A stretch of DNA of 63,908 nt, the filler included, from Intoshia linei (Eukaryota; Animalia; Orthonectida): NCBI GenBank assembly GCA_001642005.1. It is 4 parts of 4 records of this genome, joined end to end, with 100 filler letters (N's around TTAATTAATTAA, not from the genome) between each part and the next. Parts side by side here need not be neighbours in the genome. Positions count along the whole stretch, not along the records: positions 1 to 14,058 come from LWCA01000982.1; positions 14,159 to 25,090 come from LWCA01001221.1; positions 25,191 to 50,496 come from LWCA01000504.1; 1 more part is not named here. One strand, 5' to 3'. Below the pieces are notes generated by a model. It was not told the DNA's origin, did not search any database, and saw nothing but the letters and a program-made list of their open reading frames with translations. A program made the position numbers and the translations under genes. Of this stretch, positions 12,119 to 25,367 are shown in pieces (position 1 is the first letter of the stretch; the number at the start of each line of letters is the position of its first letter).

Positions 12119-12222
12119 TTCAATTATCTGATTCCTAGCAAGAATCCAGACATTATTTTGTATACGTTTTTTTTTTTAAATAAATGTTTGGAACGTTCTT
12201 TGTATTGCAGGGATGTCCACCC
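12119..12222. repeat. Right direct repeat flanking the viral element
   Basis: About 90% identical by eye to 9509-9612. Confidence 0.85.
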
Positions 12223-12605
12223 AACACTTGACCGAAAATGGATATTTGAAAAATCTATAATGATTAAACTGACGAAATAGGGACGTACATACATTTAATA
12301 TGCAACCTTAAAATCGCATAGACTCTCAAATAGACGTAAATACATAAGGAACTAACTTATTTCAACTAAGTATATTATTACAAATTAATTTTTATTTTCT
12401 ATTATTTTTGGGAATTTAAAAAATATCTATAATTTATTAGTCATAGTATCAGATGAGCTGGTACTCGAAAATAATTTCTAGACCCCTTAGGGGTCCCAGT
12501 ATCCCAATTTGGGAACCGCTGCGCTAGAGTCTACTAGTAGTAGAAAATGGACGTTGTTTTTATTTTTTTTTTTTAAATTTTTTTCAGGACCAATTATTCC
12601 GTTAA

Positions 12606-13643
12606 CCCTTTCACTGTCTGATGCAATTTTATATACTATCATCACACGTCTGGAATTTATGTATTAATTTAAACTTGTATTATTTTTAAATTACCTATGT
12701 AAAAATGTATGAAAATAAAAGAATAAAGTTCTTCAAAATTATGATGTGTATATCAGGCATTCTCAATCCTTTTTCGTTGTTGACCCCTAAGATGATATTA
12801 CATAAAACCTGTGGACCCCCAAAAAAATTAATAATAATGACTGTAGTGATAATCACTATAGTGTAATATAAAATAAACATAAAGTTAGTGTATAATTAAT
12901 ATTAAATTCCTTGAACACAATCTTGTATAACCTTATATCAGTTTCTTCATACAGGTAATATTGCTACAATGACAATTTTTAATGAATTATTACATTGGGG
13001 TGAAACGAATGATGGTCAAAAGACATGGAGTACTCTATTTTTGCGAGATGATAAGTTTGATGAAATATTAATATTTACCTTTAATATGTCAATGTTCCCA
13101 AAATGAATCATGTTTTTTGGGTATTGTTTACTACATAATACTATATCAGATAAATAAAAAGTCTATATTATCTATCTTCCCTGTGAAGAATTAATATTTT
13201 ATATTGCGTGGTAAATGTTTCATAGAATCATGAATATTAACTGATTTTTTGTCTTATTTTCAATTTGAAATTTAAAGCTTTTTTTATGACTAGAAACTTG
13301 ACTGGGTCATAAATTTTAATAAAATAATTAAATAAAACCGCTGCTCCAAAAAATAGAACAATGGAGGTTACCCATTAAGTTTTTAAACTTGTTAATAATT
13401 TAATTTACAGTTAGTTATTATTTAATTAAAGTTACAATTAATATCAAAGAATTTACTTTTACATGATTTTCACGTTTTATATTAGTATTTCTGAGCCTTT
13501 ATGTTTTAAAAACGACTTTATGTTACTGAAAATGTCTATAATATGTAATAAATGTATATAATTTTCATAGACCCCCAAAAAAGTGCTGTGGACCCGTTGA
13601 TAATGGCTGGTGTATATCATAGAATACACAAATAGTGAAAGGG
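12606..13643. mobile_element. piggyBac-type MITE
   Basis: TTAA|CCCTTTCACT ... AGTGAAAGGG|TTAA. Confidence 0.8.
12754..13609. mobile_element. hAT MITE nested in the piggyBac MITE
   Basis: TIRs caggcattctcaa / ttgataatggctg with perfect 8-bp TSD GTGTATAT; an internal segment recurs inverted at ~50430-50496. Confidence 0.8.
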
Positions 13644-14058
13644 TTAAAGAGGAATTAGCATGTATTAACCTTTATGCACTTACAGCAACAGCATCAGAAT
13701 AATCTTCTTTTTTTAATTTTCGGATCGTTAATTATTTCACATTTTTTGTTTTAATAAAATATTTCGAAAAAAAAATATAAATACTAAAATATTTTTTTGA
13801 TAGTGAAGTCGTCACTTATTTTGATTGAAATTTTCTGTGTGTTCTGTGTAAATTTTAGAGGCATAATATCATGTTGCTTACATGTTTTCTAAACAAGGAT
13901 AGAACATAGGACAAGACAAGATAGGACAAGATCCAAAAGTTTTCGTTTTGATTAGCAGACATAAAATCCAAAATCTTAACAAAATTCAAAAAGTTTATAA
14001 GGGTAAGAGCACAGAATATCAAATTATTATTTAAATATGAATATTAAGAGTATTACTT

Positions 14059-14158
14059 NNNNNNNNNNNNNNNNNNNNNNNNNNNNNNNNNNNNNNNNNN
14101 NNTTAATTAATTAANNNNNNNNNNNNNNNNNNNNNNNNNNNNNNNNNNNNNNNNNNNN
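14059..14158. other. Assembly gap with artificial TTAATTAATTAA linker
   Basis: N-run with six-frame stop linker; identical layout at 25091-25190 and 50497-50596. Confidence 0.95.
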
Positions 14159-14478
14159 GAATATTGTATAAAATTAACAATAAATTAATCTAAAGTTTTC
14201 ATAATCCTATAATTTTGTAATATTTCCCAGGCCCCACGGTTGGGAAACACTGTATAATAAGTTAGGTTATTTTTTTAATTTCTATAGGTTATTAAAAAAA
14301 CTTTCCCTAGTTATCACTAAAATTATAATACGCCGTAGAAGTAGTAGAAACTCAATGTTCTAGAAGTATACGTTCTCATATTAACTCATGTAAAATAACG
14401 ATTAGTTCAACTAGAATATACAAATAAATTACATGAAGGTTTAATAACAATAAAAACTATTACAAGATATGTCAGTAT

Positions 14479-17400
14479 TTACACTGAATTCAATAATATA
14501 TCAATATCTTCATAAGGAATCCAACCAACCAGGGGAGTTAGTCCAGGTTCATAGATTGTTTTTTCATGGTAAATTAGATAACCATCCATCTAAAATGATA
14601 TAAAGATTAAAATAAAACCATGAAAGTTAACAAGATATTAAAATTATTTGAAGAATATTGCCAAATTTTCATAAAGCATCTAATCAGTATTTGGTTAGAA
14701 TCTAATAACCATATTTAAATGTTTTTATAATGAAATGAGTATGTAAATATAAACTATTTCTAAAATTAGCCGAATATTAGATATATCACATTTATGCCAT
14801 CCCCTCTATCAATAGATAAAACTTTCGGGCCCGTTTGGGTTTAATTAGATAAAATTTATATAATATATTGTGTATATATAATTATAGATGCGTAACATCA
14901 ACCCCATTAATGATGACATTAAAATGTTTAATACATAATGGTTGACCATACTCATCAAAATTTTGACATATTTATTGAAGATAAATCTGCAATAACTAAT
15001 ATATTTTGTATTTACATTCTGTAAGTAGGAGTAGACTTTTTACACGTTTCAAACAATGAACATAAAAATAAACCACCATTTTTCAATTTTTTTAGGTTGG
15101 CTCAATTAGTCCTCATAAAATATAAATAAAATTAAAATTGTAAGGCAAAAAATTAAGAAATTTGATTAATCAATTTAAATTTAAATCAATTGACATAATA
15201 AATAAGTATTTAATAATTAACCCAAAAAGTTGTAAATCTATTGGCAATTAAATTTCAGCACTATTAATTTGTATAAATGATTACATTATTCAATAAAAAT
15301 GTATCCGAATTATTTTTTTTCCATTCACTACAGTCCCAGTTAGACATTCGATATCTTTGTAAATAGATAAATCGTCTCTAAAAAAATAAATTAATAAATT
15401 AAAATTTTTTAACCCATTTTATTAAAGTCTTAAACTTCATTATATTGGTTGATAATTTTTAGATGCATGGGTACAATGGTATGATCCAGAATCTAAAGGT
15501 TCGGATTACTGTTTTACAAAATATACATGCCAAATTTCGATACCATACTAATAATATAAAAATAAATATTTTCACATTCAAAATGAGAAAATAGGTTTTT
15601 ATAATTTTATTTTTTCTGGAATTTATGCTATTTATGACAATTTTTTAATGAGTGTTTTTACTTTATTGTTAAGATTATACAACTCATTCTGTCTAATAAA
15701 TTATTTCTTTAATTTTATTTTTTCTGGAATTTATGCTATTTATGACAATTTTTAGGATTGGACGTTTTTACTTTACTTTTAATATTATATACACATTCTG
15801 TCTAATAAATTAAAAAAATGGGATCATAATTATTTTCAAAATTCTTTATGCAAATGTTAACAAACAAAAAATAAGATGAAATAATTCACTTTAAAGTAAA
15901 TAGTAATGTGATATGACAGTTCCACCTAAAACAAGTTTGGAAACCACTCCTTTAAACGATTGGTAATATGTGAAATCCAACCGGTCCATACTAAAACAAG
16001 CTTGGGAACCACTGATTTAATGTGTTCATAATATTGAATAGTAACATGTTTGGTAATTGTGATAAAAATGTTTTTTTTTTATGTATTTATTATTATATAA
16101 TTTATTTTTTTGGTAGAATTAAAAAAGTCCGACCTTAACAGAGCTAAGTACTATTTGTTCAAAGTACATAACAGTGGAACTATTGATTTAATAAAACAAA
16201 AAATTTTGCAGAGTAACTGACAAAAAAATTAATTATAGCAGAAGATTAATAAAAAGTATCATATTGTGTTATATATTGTACATATATACACACATACATA
16301 TATTGTGCAAAATAATTATAAAATAATAAATACATCATTTTCAGGTAAATTTGGAAATTGATTGTACATTTCTTCCATTTTGCTTTTTAGCCAAAAAAAT
16401 CGCATATCTGTCTAAAATTGAAAATAAATAAATTAATAATAACACTACAATGTAGTGTAATAGTTCCCAATTCAAAATCTGTACGGACCTCAAATTCTAA
16501 ATTTTTTGGGACCCAAAGAAAACAAGAAATATGAGAAAAGCTTTTAAAATAGTAATAAAAATAAAAAAAAATAATCAGTAAATAATAAGTACATGTAAAT
16601 TGTAGATTTTTCTAGTCTTTTTTTTAATAATTTTATCAAATTATTTTTGTCATACAAGCCACCAGTTTCAGTTATGAATCCTAAGGTTCTGGCATTCTAA
16701 TTGGGAATCAATGCACTACATGTATATTCATCTGAAGATAAGTTAAACGAATACATATTGATTTTAAATTGAGTGAAAATTATCAAATCAATAACGAATC
16801 GATATCAGTAAAATATTTTCAAGGACAACACAAAAAAGCTGTTTGTATCCACTACAAGATTGTCACATGAGTCTAAAATCGTTATTAGATCGGGAACTAT
16901 GTACTAAAACAAGAAATTGAACAAATTATTTTACGAAAAAATGAATTTTAAAATTTTAAATGTAAATTATAACAAGTAAAATAATTTTATTTACCGAGTT
17001 ATTGCAAAGTTCTAAACTATTCCAACAAATGGCATCCAAAACGTAATATTTATTGATTTCTTTACAGTATATGGTGTCTATTGCAGTATCTATGTTTTAT
17101 TAAAAGTTACAGTATACAAAATCCTTTTTTCAAGTAAAATTATATGAAACTTACAAATGTAAGACTTTCGCAGGATTATATAATAATTTATTTTCAGAAA
17201 AGAAACAAACATTTTAAAAATTAATCAAATGTAACTAATTATTAATGTATAAGGAACTAGGTTGACTGTTATGTACTACGTACAAACAGCACCTAGCTCT
17301 GACGATGGTACATTTTTATTATACTAAAAAAATAAATTCAAATAATAATAATAATAACAAAGTTGTGTTACTTTTAATAATTCGTTGTTGTAGTTTTAAT

Positions 17401-20107
17401 TTAAATTTTAAACGAAATGCTTTGAAAATCAAAATAAAAAATTGAGTAGCAATGAAAAAAATTGCGAAGGAATTTATTATATATATTTTCACCCATATTT
17501 CTTTATTGGAAATGTGTTGACATTTTTTTTTGAAATTGTAGGATAAATATTTACATTTTCAATTTTTATTTTAATCGAAATATTTGAAAAATATTGGTTG
17601 AATATATTAAAAGTATTTTTCACCCGGGAATGCTTAGATTTGTAGAATTGAAATATTGTATTTATATCAACTGGAATAAGTCCTATCAGAATAATCTTTT
17701 TTTTTAATTTTTGGACAGTTAATTATTTCACATTTTTTGTTTTAATAAAATATTTCGGAAAAAAAATATATGAATACTAAAATGCTTTTTTGACCGTGAA
17801 GTCGTCACTTAATTCAGATTGAAATTTTTTTAAATTCTAGGGCTATTTTCATAAAAAAAATAATTTGTGGTTTTAACCCTGAAGAAATAATTTTTTTTAA
17901 ATTTATAAAATTTTAATACTGGTAGTTATTGAAATAAAGTAGAACACACACACCAACATTGCGTAGCATATTATATAAGTAAGGATGTTAAATCCTCAAT
18001 ATTTGTTTGTATGTGATATATTAGTAATATTCAATAAATTTAGAATTTTTTAAATGACCATTAAATACATATAATTGATTCAATACAAACTTTTAAATGA
18101 ACCTTTTAGATAACAATACATAAACAAAACAAACAATTACGTTTCTGAGTAATTGTTAGTGAACTTCCACCTGGTAAAATGGAATCAAAATTGTCAATTT
18201 TTTTACCATATTTTGAATAAGCGCGGGTTTTATTCTAAAATTTTAAATCATTCATAAAAATTAATGCTATTTATACATTTATTTCTAAATTTCATGCATT
18301 TTTAGCCAATAATTGAAATAATTCACTAACAATCATATCAACCTTTCCTTAAAAAAATATTCATTAATTTATTACGTTATTCGAAATTAGGAGATTTCTG
18401 TATCCTTTTGGGACAGGTAAAATATACCAATTTTCCATTAAATCTTCTGGAATTTCATTAAGTTCTTCAGCAAGCATTATCTGTACAATTTTAAATTATC
18501 AATACAATTAAATTACATACCTTACAATTACTTCTTTTTCCTGGTTTTTCTTCTTTGTCTTCAATGTGTATGTCCCTTAAAATCATTACGGCAGCATTGC
18601 GCTTTCTATAAAGTAAATTAAAAATAAAAACATTTCCACCATCACATTCCATTCAACCAATGTATAATATACACCAGTGATTCCCAAATGGGGGGCTTGG
18701 CCCCACATGTGGTGCCTTCAGAGTCTGAGGGGCCCGCAGATATCAGAAAAATTTTAAAATTAAATTTAGAGTTTTTAACATTAATTTGATATTTAATTAA
18801 TATATCTTGAAATTCGGATTAATTTTTGATTCTAATAAATGTAAATATTATTAAACCTTACGAGACAATAGCACGTATATATACAAAAAAGAACAATCAT
18901 AAATGTACAATTGTTTGTATACTAGGGTGTCAACTATATTAAAGAATAATTTATAACGAAAATAAAATAAAATATATATTTTTTATTAATTAAAGATAAC
19001 ATTTTTTTAATGGTTGTTATAATAGTATAATAAACATATTTACTATTTTGTACTAACTGATCTTTTCTAAAAATATTTGTATACTGTTATGAGGGTCGCA
19101 ATATATTTTTTTGGGAACCACTGCTAAACACAGTATACTGACTAAACCAAATGGTGGGCACTTGCGTTTATGTAAGAGAAATGACTCTTTAAAAATTAAA
19201 TACAGTATCAAGTTTATACGATTGACATTATAAAAATTAAATTAAGAAAGTTAATTGAATCCAATTTTAGGAAATGGAAAAAAATACATTTAATTCAATT
19301 GATAAAAAATAAAAAATATTGGCGCACTATCAAAAAATTGTAAAAAAATAAACTTCATAACTAAACCAAATATAGTAAATTGAATTGGATAAAAAATATT
19401 CTATGGTGTTCACACCAGAGAATATTTTTATTTTTTTGTAATATGGTTTGTAGCTATAATATGGTATTTTAATATTTCAGTTTTAACTTGGGTTTGTAGT
19501 CTAAATTAAATGAACTAGTTAATGAATTATTTAATTTAAACTTAAACAAAATAAATACGATCATGTGATTTACGATATTGTGAACGGACACGAAAAATAT
19601 TAGACGAAAATAGTGTAAAAATAGTAAATTGTAAATATAAGATTCAAATAGCTGTTGATAATTCGTAGATCAAAAATAGGCTCTTAAAATATTTTTGGTA
19701 AATTATGTGTTGTCATATAGTCCATATCTAGCATCTATGGTTTTGGACTTGACACGATAAATTTGAGAAACAAAATAGTCGATATCCAAAAATGTATTTT
19801 TTTTAAATTGTCAATTAGGAAAAATTTCTTGGAAACTCGGTACGGTAGGTTCGGCAGTGAAACATGTCTACAAGTATATTATATAGTGATACAGATACTA
19901 ATAAAGTTATATTCCATTATATAATTGTACCATTTTGATTTCTCGTGATTACAGTTTCTCAAAGTGAAATTTGAAAAACTTGTTTTTATAAATTATAAAT
20001 TAAAACAAATATTACTTTTTACATTCTAATATTCTTTGTTGTCGTCTACATTCTTGAGATTTAAGTAGTTTGGTATCGTTTTTATACAATGCTGTAAATT
20101 TACTCAT
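14479..20107 (-). CDS. SNUPN: Snurportin-1 (about 8 exons)
   Basis: Spliced exons give MSKFTALYKND..SQECRRQQRILECKK (IBB-like), IMLAEELNEIPEDLMENWYILPVPKGYR, KTRAYSKYG..SILPGG, IDTIYCKEINKYYVLDAICW, DMRFFWLKSK, RRFIYLQRY, DGYLIYHEKTIYEPGLTPLVGW; GT-AG boundaries. Confidence 0.92.
14770..15551 (+). pseudogene. Possible decayed SRCR-domain gene fragments, antisense to SNUPN
   Basis: AG/GT-bounded segments give TFGPVW|MRNI..TLKCLIHN|GWLN*..|DAWVQWYD, paralleling the SRCR GPIW..C.H.GW..DAGV.C order, with a frameshift and stops. Confidence 0.3.
17257..17985 (-). mobile_element. Non-autonomous Helitron with both termini, in a SNUPN intron
   Basis: 5' A|TCCTTACTTATATAATATG; 3' hairpin ctaggtgctgtttgtac-gta-gtacataacagtcaacCTAG|T; inserted between A and T with no TSD. 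Confidence 0.85.
18675..19123. mobile_element. hAT MITE
   Basis: TIRs cagtgattcccaaa / tttgggaaccactg; degraded 8-bp TSD (atatacac / ctaaacac). Confidence 0.7.
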
Positions 20108-20222
20108 TTATTATAAATTATTTTTCAATTTATTTTCATGGAAACGGTTCACATTTATTACAATTTCTTCGCATTTCAAATTGAAAGTTGACATATTCCT
20201 TGAATATTTTCAAATACATGTA

Positions 20223-22358
20223 CAGTAGAATCTCTTTAATTTAAAGTCAATTTTATTAAAATACAGTCAAATCTGTATAATCTGAACACCATTAAAATAA
20301 TGCTATTTATTCCCAGACTAAATTAACTCTTTCATTGCAATTTTTGATAAACCACGATTCCAGGTCATTGACCGATTTGCAACATTGTTGAAATGTTATA
20401 ATTCTAAAATATAGATTAAATAGTTAAATTTAAGCAGCTACTTATCGTTTTTAGGTATGTTGATTTGGTACATTCATCTTCCTTTATTTTCATCCTCTCA
20501 TTTTCACTGAATTGTTTTATGAATATATCATCAAATTCAGAAATTTCTTCATATATATTTTCAAATATAATATCGATTTCGTAGGATGATTCAATATTAG
20601 AATTTTTTATTGCATTATTTCAACAATTGGAAATCATCGTATTCGACCTCTCTCCAAGCCTGATTTATAGATAGCAGGGCGTCATAAACGTCTATTTTTT
20701 TTATTGAATCAAAATGTGTTTTAGAATCAATATCATGTATGTTATTAAGTTCAAACAATATCTTATTTTTCGTAATGAATTTATATTTATCCTTGAATGT
20801 TGTTATTATACTTTGATCTAAGGGTTGCAATTTTGACGTAGTATTTTTTGGATAAAAAAGGAAATCTATGTTGGACAATTCTATTCCATGAAAATGCACT
20901 GGTGCGTTATCAAGTGTTAACAAAATTTTTCTATTTTTATTTTTGTATTTAAATTAAGTAACCAATTGTTGCATATAACAGCAGTCATCCAAGCATTTCT
21001 AGAGTGAGAATATTCTACATTTAACTTAAAGGTTTTTTGTTTTCCATTAAAGCATCTTGGATTTTTAGTTTTACCAATAACCAATGGTGCTAATTTTTCT
21101 CTAGACATACTGGCACAAAATAAAATGGTTAACCTATCTTTATATTGTTTATAGCTTAAGTTAGTGTCATTATGTGCTACTAAACTTTTATTTCCGGTGC
21201 CTTTATACAGTAAACCAGTTTCATCATAATTAAATGTATTGTCAGAATTATATTTTTTTAATTTGTTTTTGTAAATAGGTTTAAAATTATCAATCAAACT
21301 TTCGGGTACGAAGCCTGACTCTCCTATCAAAAATTTTGATTTTATATTATATCTATTTGTAAAGGAATTCAGCCATCCGGTTGAGGCACAAAAATTAAAT
21401 ATATTAGCAAATTCTGCTAATTTCAAGGCCATTATTTTGAGATTATCGCCAGATATGGAATGATACATATGACGTCTACTAACAAACCATTCAAATAAAG
21501 TGCTGTCAATTGCATTGGTTTTCGAAAGTTTGCGTTGTCTTTTATTTCTGTTATCATCAATTTGTAAAAGTTTTTCCTTATTTGATAAGATTCTATTTAT
21601 TGTATCTATAATTATGAATATTATAAAAAGCTTAAATATATTTACCTAAAGAAATTTTAAATTTAATTGATATTTCCCGCTGTGAACAATGTGGATTCTA
21701 ATCGTAGAAACAAATAATATCTTTTTTTTCCTTTAAATTTAAGTCTACTCGTTTTTTTTATTGTTCATACTTACAATATAAAAAATAAAAAATCACGCTA
21801 TCAAATAATAATATATTTGAATTGTCTTGGTATTTAAAAATATTTTTAGTTCAGTGTTCAGATCAACAATGTTCAAATTAAAATTTTCTCATTGTATAGT
21901 AACCGTAAGAAAATATATTATAAATTGTTCAAAGTCGCAATGTTCGAATTATACAATGTTCAAATTATGCAGATTTGACTGTACTCTTTATTTTAAATAT
22001 TCACATGTTTATTTTTATATGAATTTTGAAAATATCTGAATTATTTTATTTACATTTTATATTATTTGTTAATTTTATTACTACGAAATTTTTTTATTTA
22101 AAATTTAGTGACTCATAGAATGAATATTACTTATGATTTATTTAGTTAATCTTATATATAGAGAATTAAATCGTATCGGTGTTCGATATTCCATATATAA
22201 TGATTTAGCTGCTGTTAAAAGTTATTTGGAATACATTTATATTTATTTATTTTTATTAGTCATAAAAACGTCAAATTAAAAATTGTAAATAATCATTGTA
22301 GTTGAAGAATTCTTTGTATTGAATCAAAATTGTACTTTAGATTAAGGAGATTCTACTG
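20223..22358. mobile_element. pogo-type MITE hosting a nested Tigger element
   Basis: TA-flanked TIRs cagtagaatctc / gagattctactg. Confidence 0.75.
20264..21981 (-). mobile_element. Near full-length Tigger/pogo transposon with defective transposase
   Basis: TA-flanked TIRs cagtcaaatctgtataatctgaaca / tgttcaaattatgcagatttgactg; CENP-B HTH (ASTGWLNSF), NYDETGL, DRLTILFC, AWMT, LDNAPVH, QPLDQSII; frameshifts; 40-nt GT-AG intron at ~21606-21645. Confidence 0.92.
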
Positions 22359-23525
22359 TATATATTTCACAAAATTCAACATATTTAAACTAACACTCAT
22401 ATTAAAATCTGTTATAAAACTTACAAATCGAAAATAATGTATTTCTATTGCATTGCTACGATGTGATTCAATGTTAATAAACAATTAATGTGTTAATTAA
22501 AATTGTACCATTAGTTGTTAAATGTGTGAAACATAAAAAAAATGTAAACAAATTTGAATTTGACCCAATTAATTGCTAAGCAATCTTAATTAAATATAAA
22601 AAATATTCTTCAAACATAATGAATAAAGATAATAAATGAAACATTACACTACTAAAGAAAAGTTGACATTACCTGCCGATAGTAAAATTGTATTTGATAA
22701 AAAGAATTGTACTACAATTGACGCTATGATGGTCCGAAATTTTTGGGTAGACAATACATTGTTTACCCATCACGAACATAGTCATTCTTCAGTAATAACA
22801 TTTTTAAATAGGAATGATGCATCCAATAAAAGTAAACATTTATTATACACTTATTCATGACTAATTGTATAATAATCAGTGATTACATAACAATTATAGT
22901 GAATGCATGATTAAATAGTTTAGTACATAATTAGTTATATATTAATAATTACAGATTAGTAATCAGTGTTATTCAACGAGTACACCGCGGTATTCCCGAA
23001 AAAAAATTTTTTATGATTAATATGACCATTCAATGTAAATATACAAAAATTTCCATCCCATTCACCGAGATAAAAAGGTTGAAGAACATTGCACTAGTGA
23101 CTATTCTATAATCAGTAGCAGTGCAGAATATATCGTACTCGAGACTCTTTTACAGTGCCTCACTTTTCCAAATTGAGCATTAAAAAAGTATTTTCTTGAA
23201 TATAACATATTTTTGTGTTTAAGATTTCAAGTCAAAAACTTTGGAGATGGAGGGCTATATCACTCTGCATAGTTTGCGCAAAAAATTTTTAGGGGTCTAT
23301 TTTTTATTTTTGAGTGGCAAGAGCTTGATTGGTTCGGATCTGTTAGTAGATAGTAAATAATTAAAAAAATACTTGACAAAAATAAAATTAAATATGTAAT
23401 CTTGTATTGTATATTTTTTGTTTTGAAACTCAGAGGTTGATTAAAACGATGGAAAATATTCATATTATAATTATAATTTATAATTAAAAATTTGTAAATA
23501 ATTTAATTTACAAATACTATATATA

Positions 23526-24630
23526 TGTCGTATAAAATGTGTACAACTGTGAAATGTATACATTCCACAGGCAAGTCTTAGAATGTACACATTTCATGGA
23601 TAAGTCGTTGAATGTAATTTCCTAAATAACGATAATAATAATGTACCAAGAATGATGAAATGAATAAATGATGAGTTGGAGCAGATTCAAATTAAATAAT
23701 AAATATAAATGAATATGCAATTATTTATTTATTGGTACAAGACAAGCTGTGATGGCAGCAACTATTACAAAGAATTGAATTACGTTTGCATTTACATCGA
23801 TTACCCAAACACCCACCTTTGCAATTACACTTAAAAAATCCTTGACCCGAACCAATTGACTTCTCGCGTACAGTAGAACGTAAACTCAAAATTTGGTTTG
23901 GACTTTTCAGGGTTTATTAATTGTTGATCGCATTTTTGAATTTGGTTTCTTGTAAAGTTATTTTCAGATTTACCGTAAGATGTTCCAATTGTATATTGTC
24001 CATGGTCGACACCTGTTACGACACCAATTAAATTTCCTGGATCAAGGCGTCCGCGATCAACACGAATTATGGTAATTCTACCACAGTGTCCTTCTTTTAA
24101 TGGCCCGAGGATTTTATTTCCCTTCTCAATCATTTTAATTGACTAAATTTCTTGATTTTTGTCAATTTTTTCTCTCGTCCCATTTCTTTTAAAATTTAAT
24201 TGCTTTAATTCATCTAATTCATTATCCAATTCGACTTCAATATCATTGTTATTCAATAAATCCTCTTCAACAAATATTAAAGGTAACACTTCTCGCGGTA
24301 AAGCACTAGATGACAATCCTAATGTAGCCGGTGTTCCAAAGAATGCTTCGCATGGAGAAGTGCGAATTCTAGAATGATATGAGCTATTCTTTTGAAATTG
24401 CACGAATTTCAATCCTACACTCCAATGTTGAGTATTATTGTCACGACTCCAAGAAACATGCTGTTTATGTACTTCGTCATTTGCCTTTTCAACGCTACCT
24501 TGAGATTGGGATAACGGGGTCTACCATGGATAATCTTTGTACTTGGCCATAATGCCATCAATTGATCAATGACCTTGTTAACGAATTCTCTACCATTGTC
24601 CGATTGTAAGATGTTGGGTGCACCATTATC
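23526..24630 (-). mobile_element. Ginger2/KRBA2-SCAND3-like integrase element, decayed 3' half
   Basis: GAPNILQSDNGREF..HGRPR.PQSQGSVEKAN..WSVGLKFVQFQKNSSYH..DRGRLDP and C-terminal CNCKGGCLGNRCKCKRNSILCNSSCH; TGT terminus with subterminal repeats. Confidence 0.8.
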
Positions 24631-25090
24631 AATTTAAATTTAAAATTAATTTAAAATGAAATTAAATGAATTGTTTATGTTGAATTAATAATAATGAAAC
24701 AAGAATAATCGGTGATGTCTAACTAACAGGATTTAGGTAAATAGGATTACATAGTTTAATGTAATTAATATTAATCAGAATCAAAGTATTCATTTTCCGG
24801 TTTAATTATTAATAATCCACAAATATTTTATGTATTATATTTTATAACCACATAATATAGTTAACAATATTACATTATGGATAAAAGTTTAACTTTAATT
24901 GACGCCTATATAATATTTAATTGCTATGCGTAACAAATGACAAAATAAACATTTAATGGCTAAAAATTGATAAATCAATTGACATTTAAATTACAGCCCA
25001 TAATAATTTTTATCTTTTCTGTATGGTATTATCTGTCATTGATATTGAATATGAAAATACTCTAAGTGGACAGTGGAGAAATGATTATAA

Positions 25091-25190
25091 NNNNNNNNNN
25101 NNNNNNNNNNNNNNNNNNNNNNNNNNNNNNNNNNTTAATTAATTAANNNNNNNNNNNNNNNNNNNNNNNNNNNNNNNNNNNNNNNNNNNN
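25091..25190. other. Assembly gap with artificial linker
   Basis: N-run with TTAATTAATTAA. Confidence 0.95.
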
Positions 25191-25367
25191 GAATACACAT
25201 TTGTCCATATTTTGTAAAAATAAAAAAATAACGCACTTACAGTATATATTCGTAAAGATATAATGATTTATAATAAAGTTACAATAAAAACGACATTACT
25301 TATGAAACAACCTAATAGCCTAGCATATTATATAAGTAAAGATTATGCATAATTAAATTTTTTATAG

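Noticed and set aside
14059-14158. Palindromic TTAATTAATTAA inside N-runs (also 25091-25190 and 50497-50596)
   Set aside because: Artificial six-frame stop linker; adjacency across these gaps is not reliable.
15600-15812. ~105 bp tandem duplication in a SNUPN intron
   Set aside because: Ordinary local duplication with no sign of function.
22636-22860. ORF MKHYTTKEKL... as the calcineurin N-terminus or another known gene
   Set aside because: May be a real first exon, but no convincing motif match; left unassigned.
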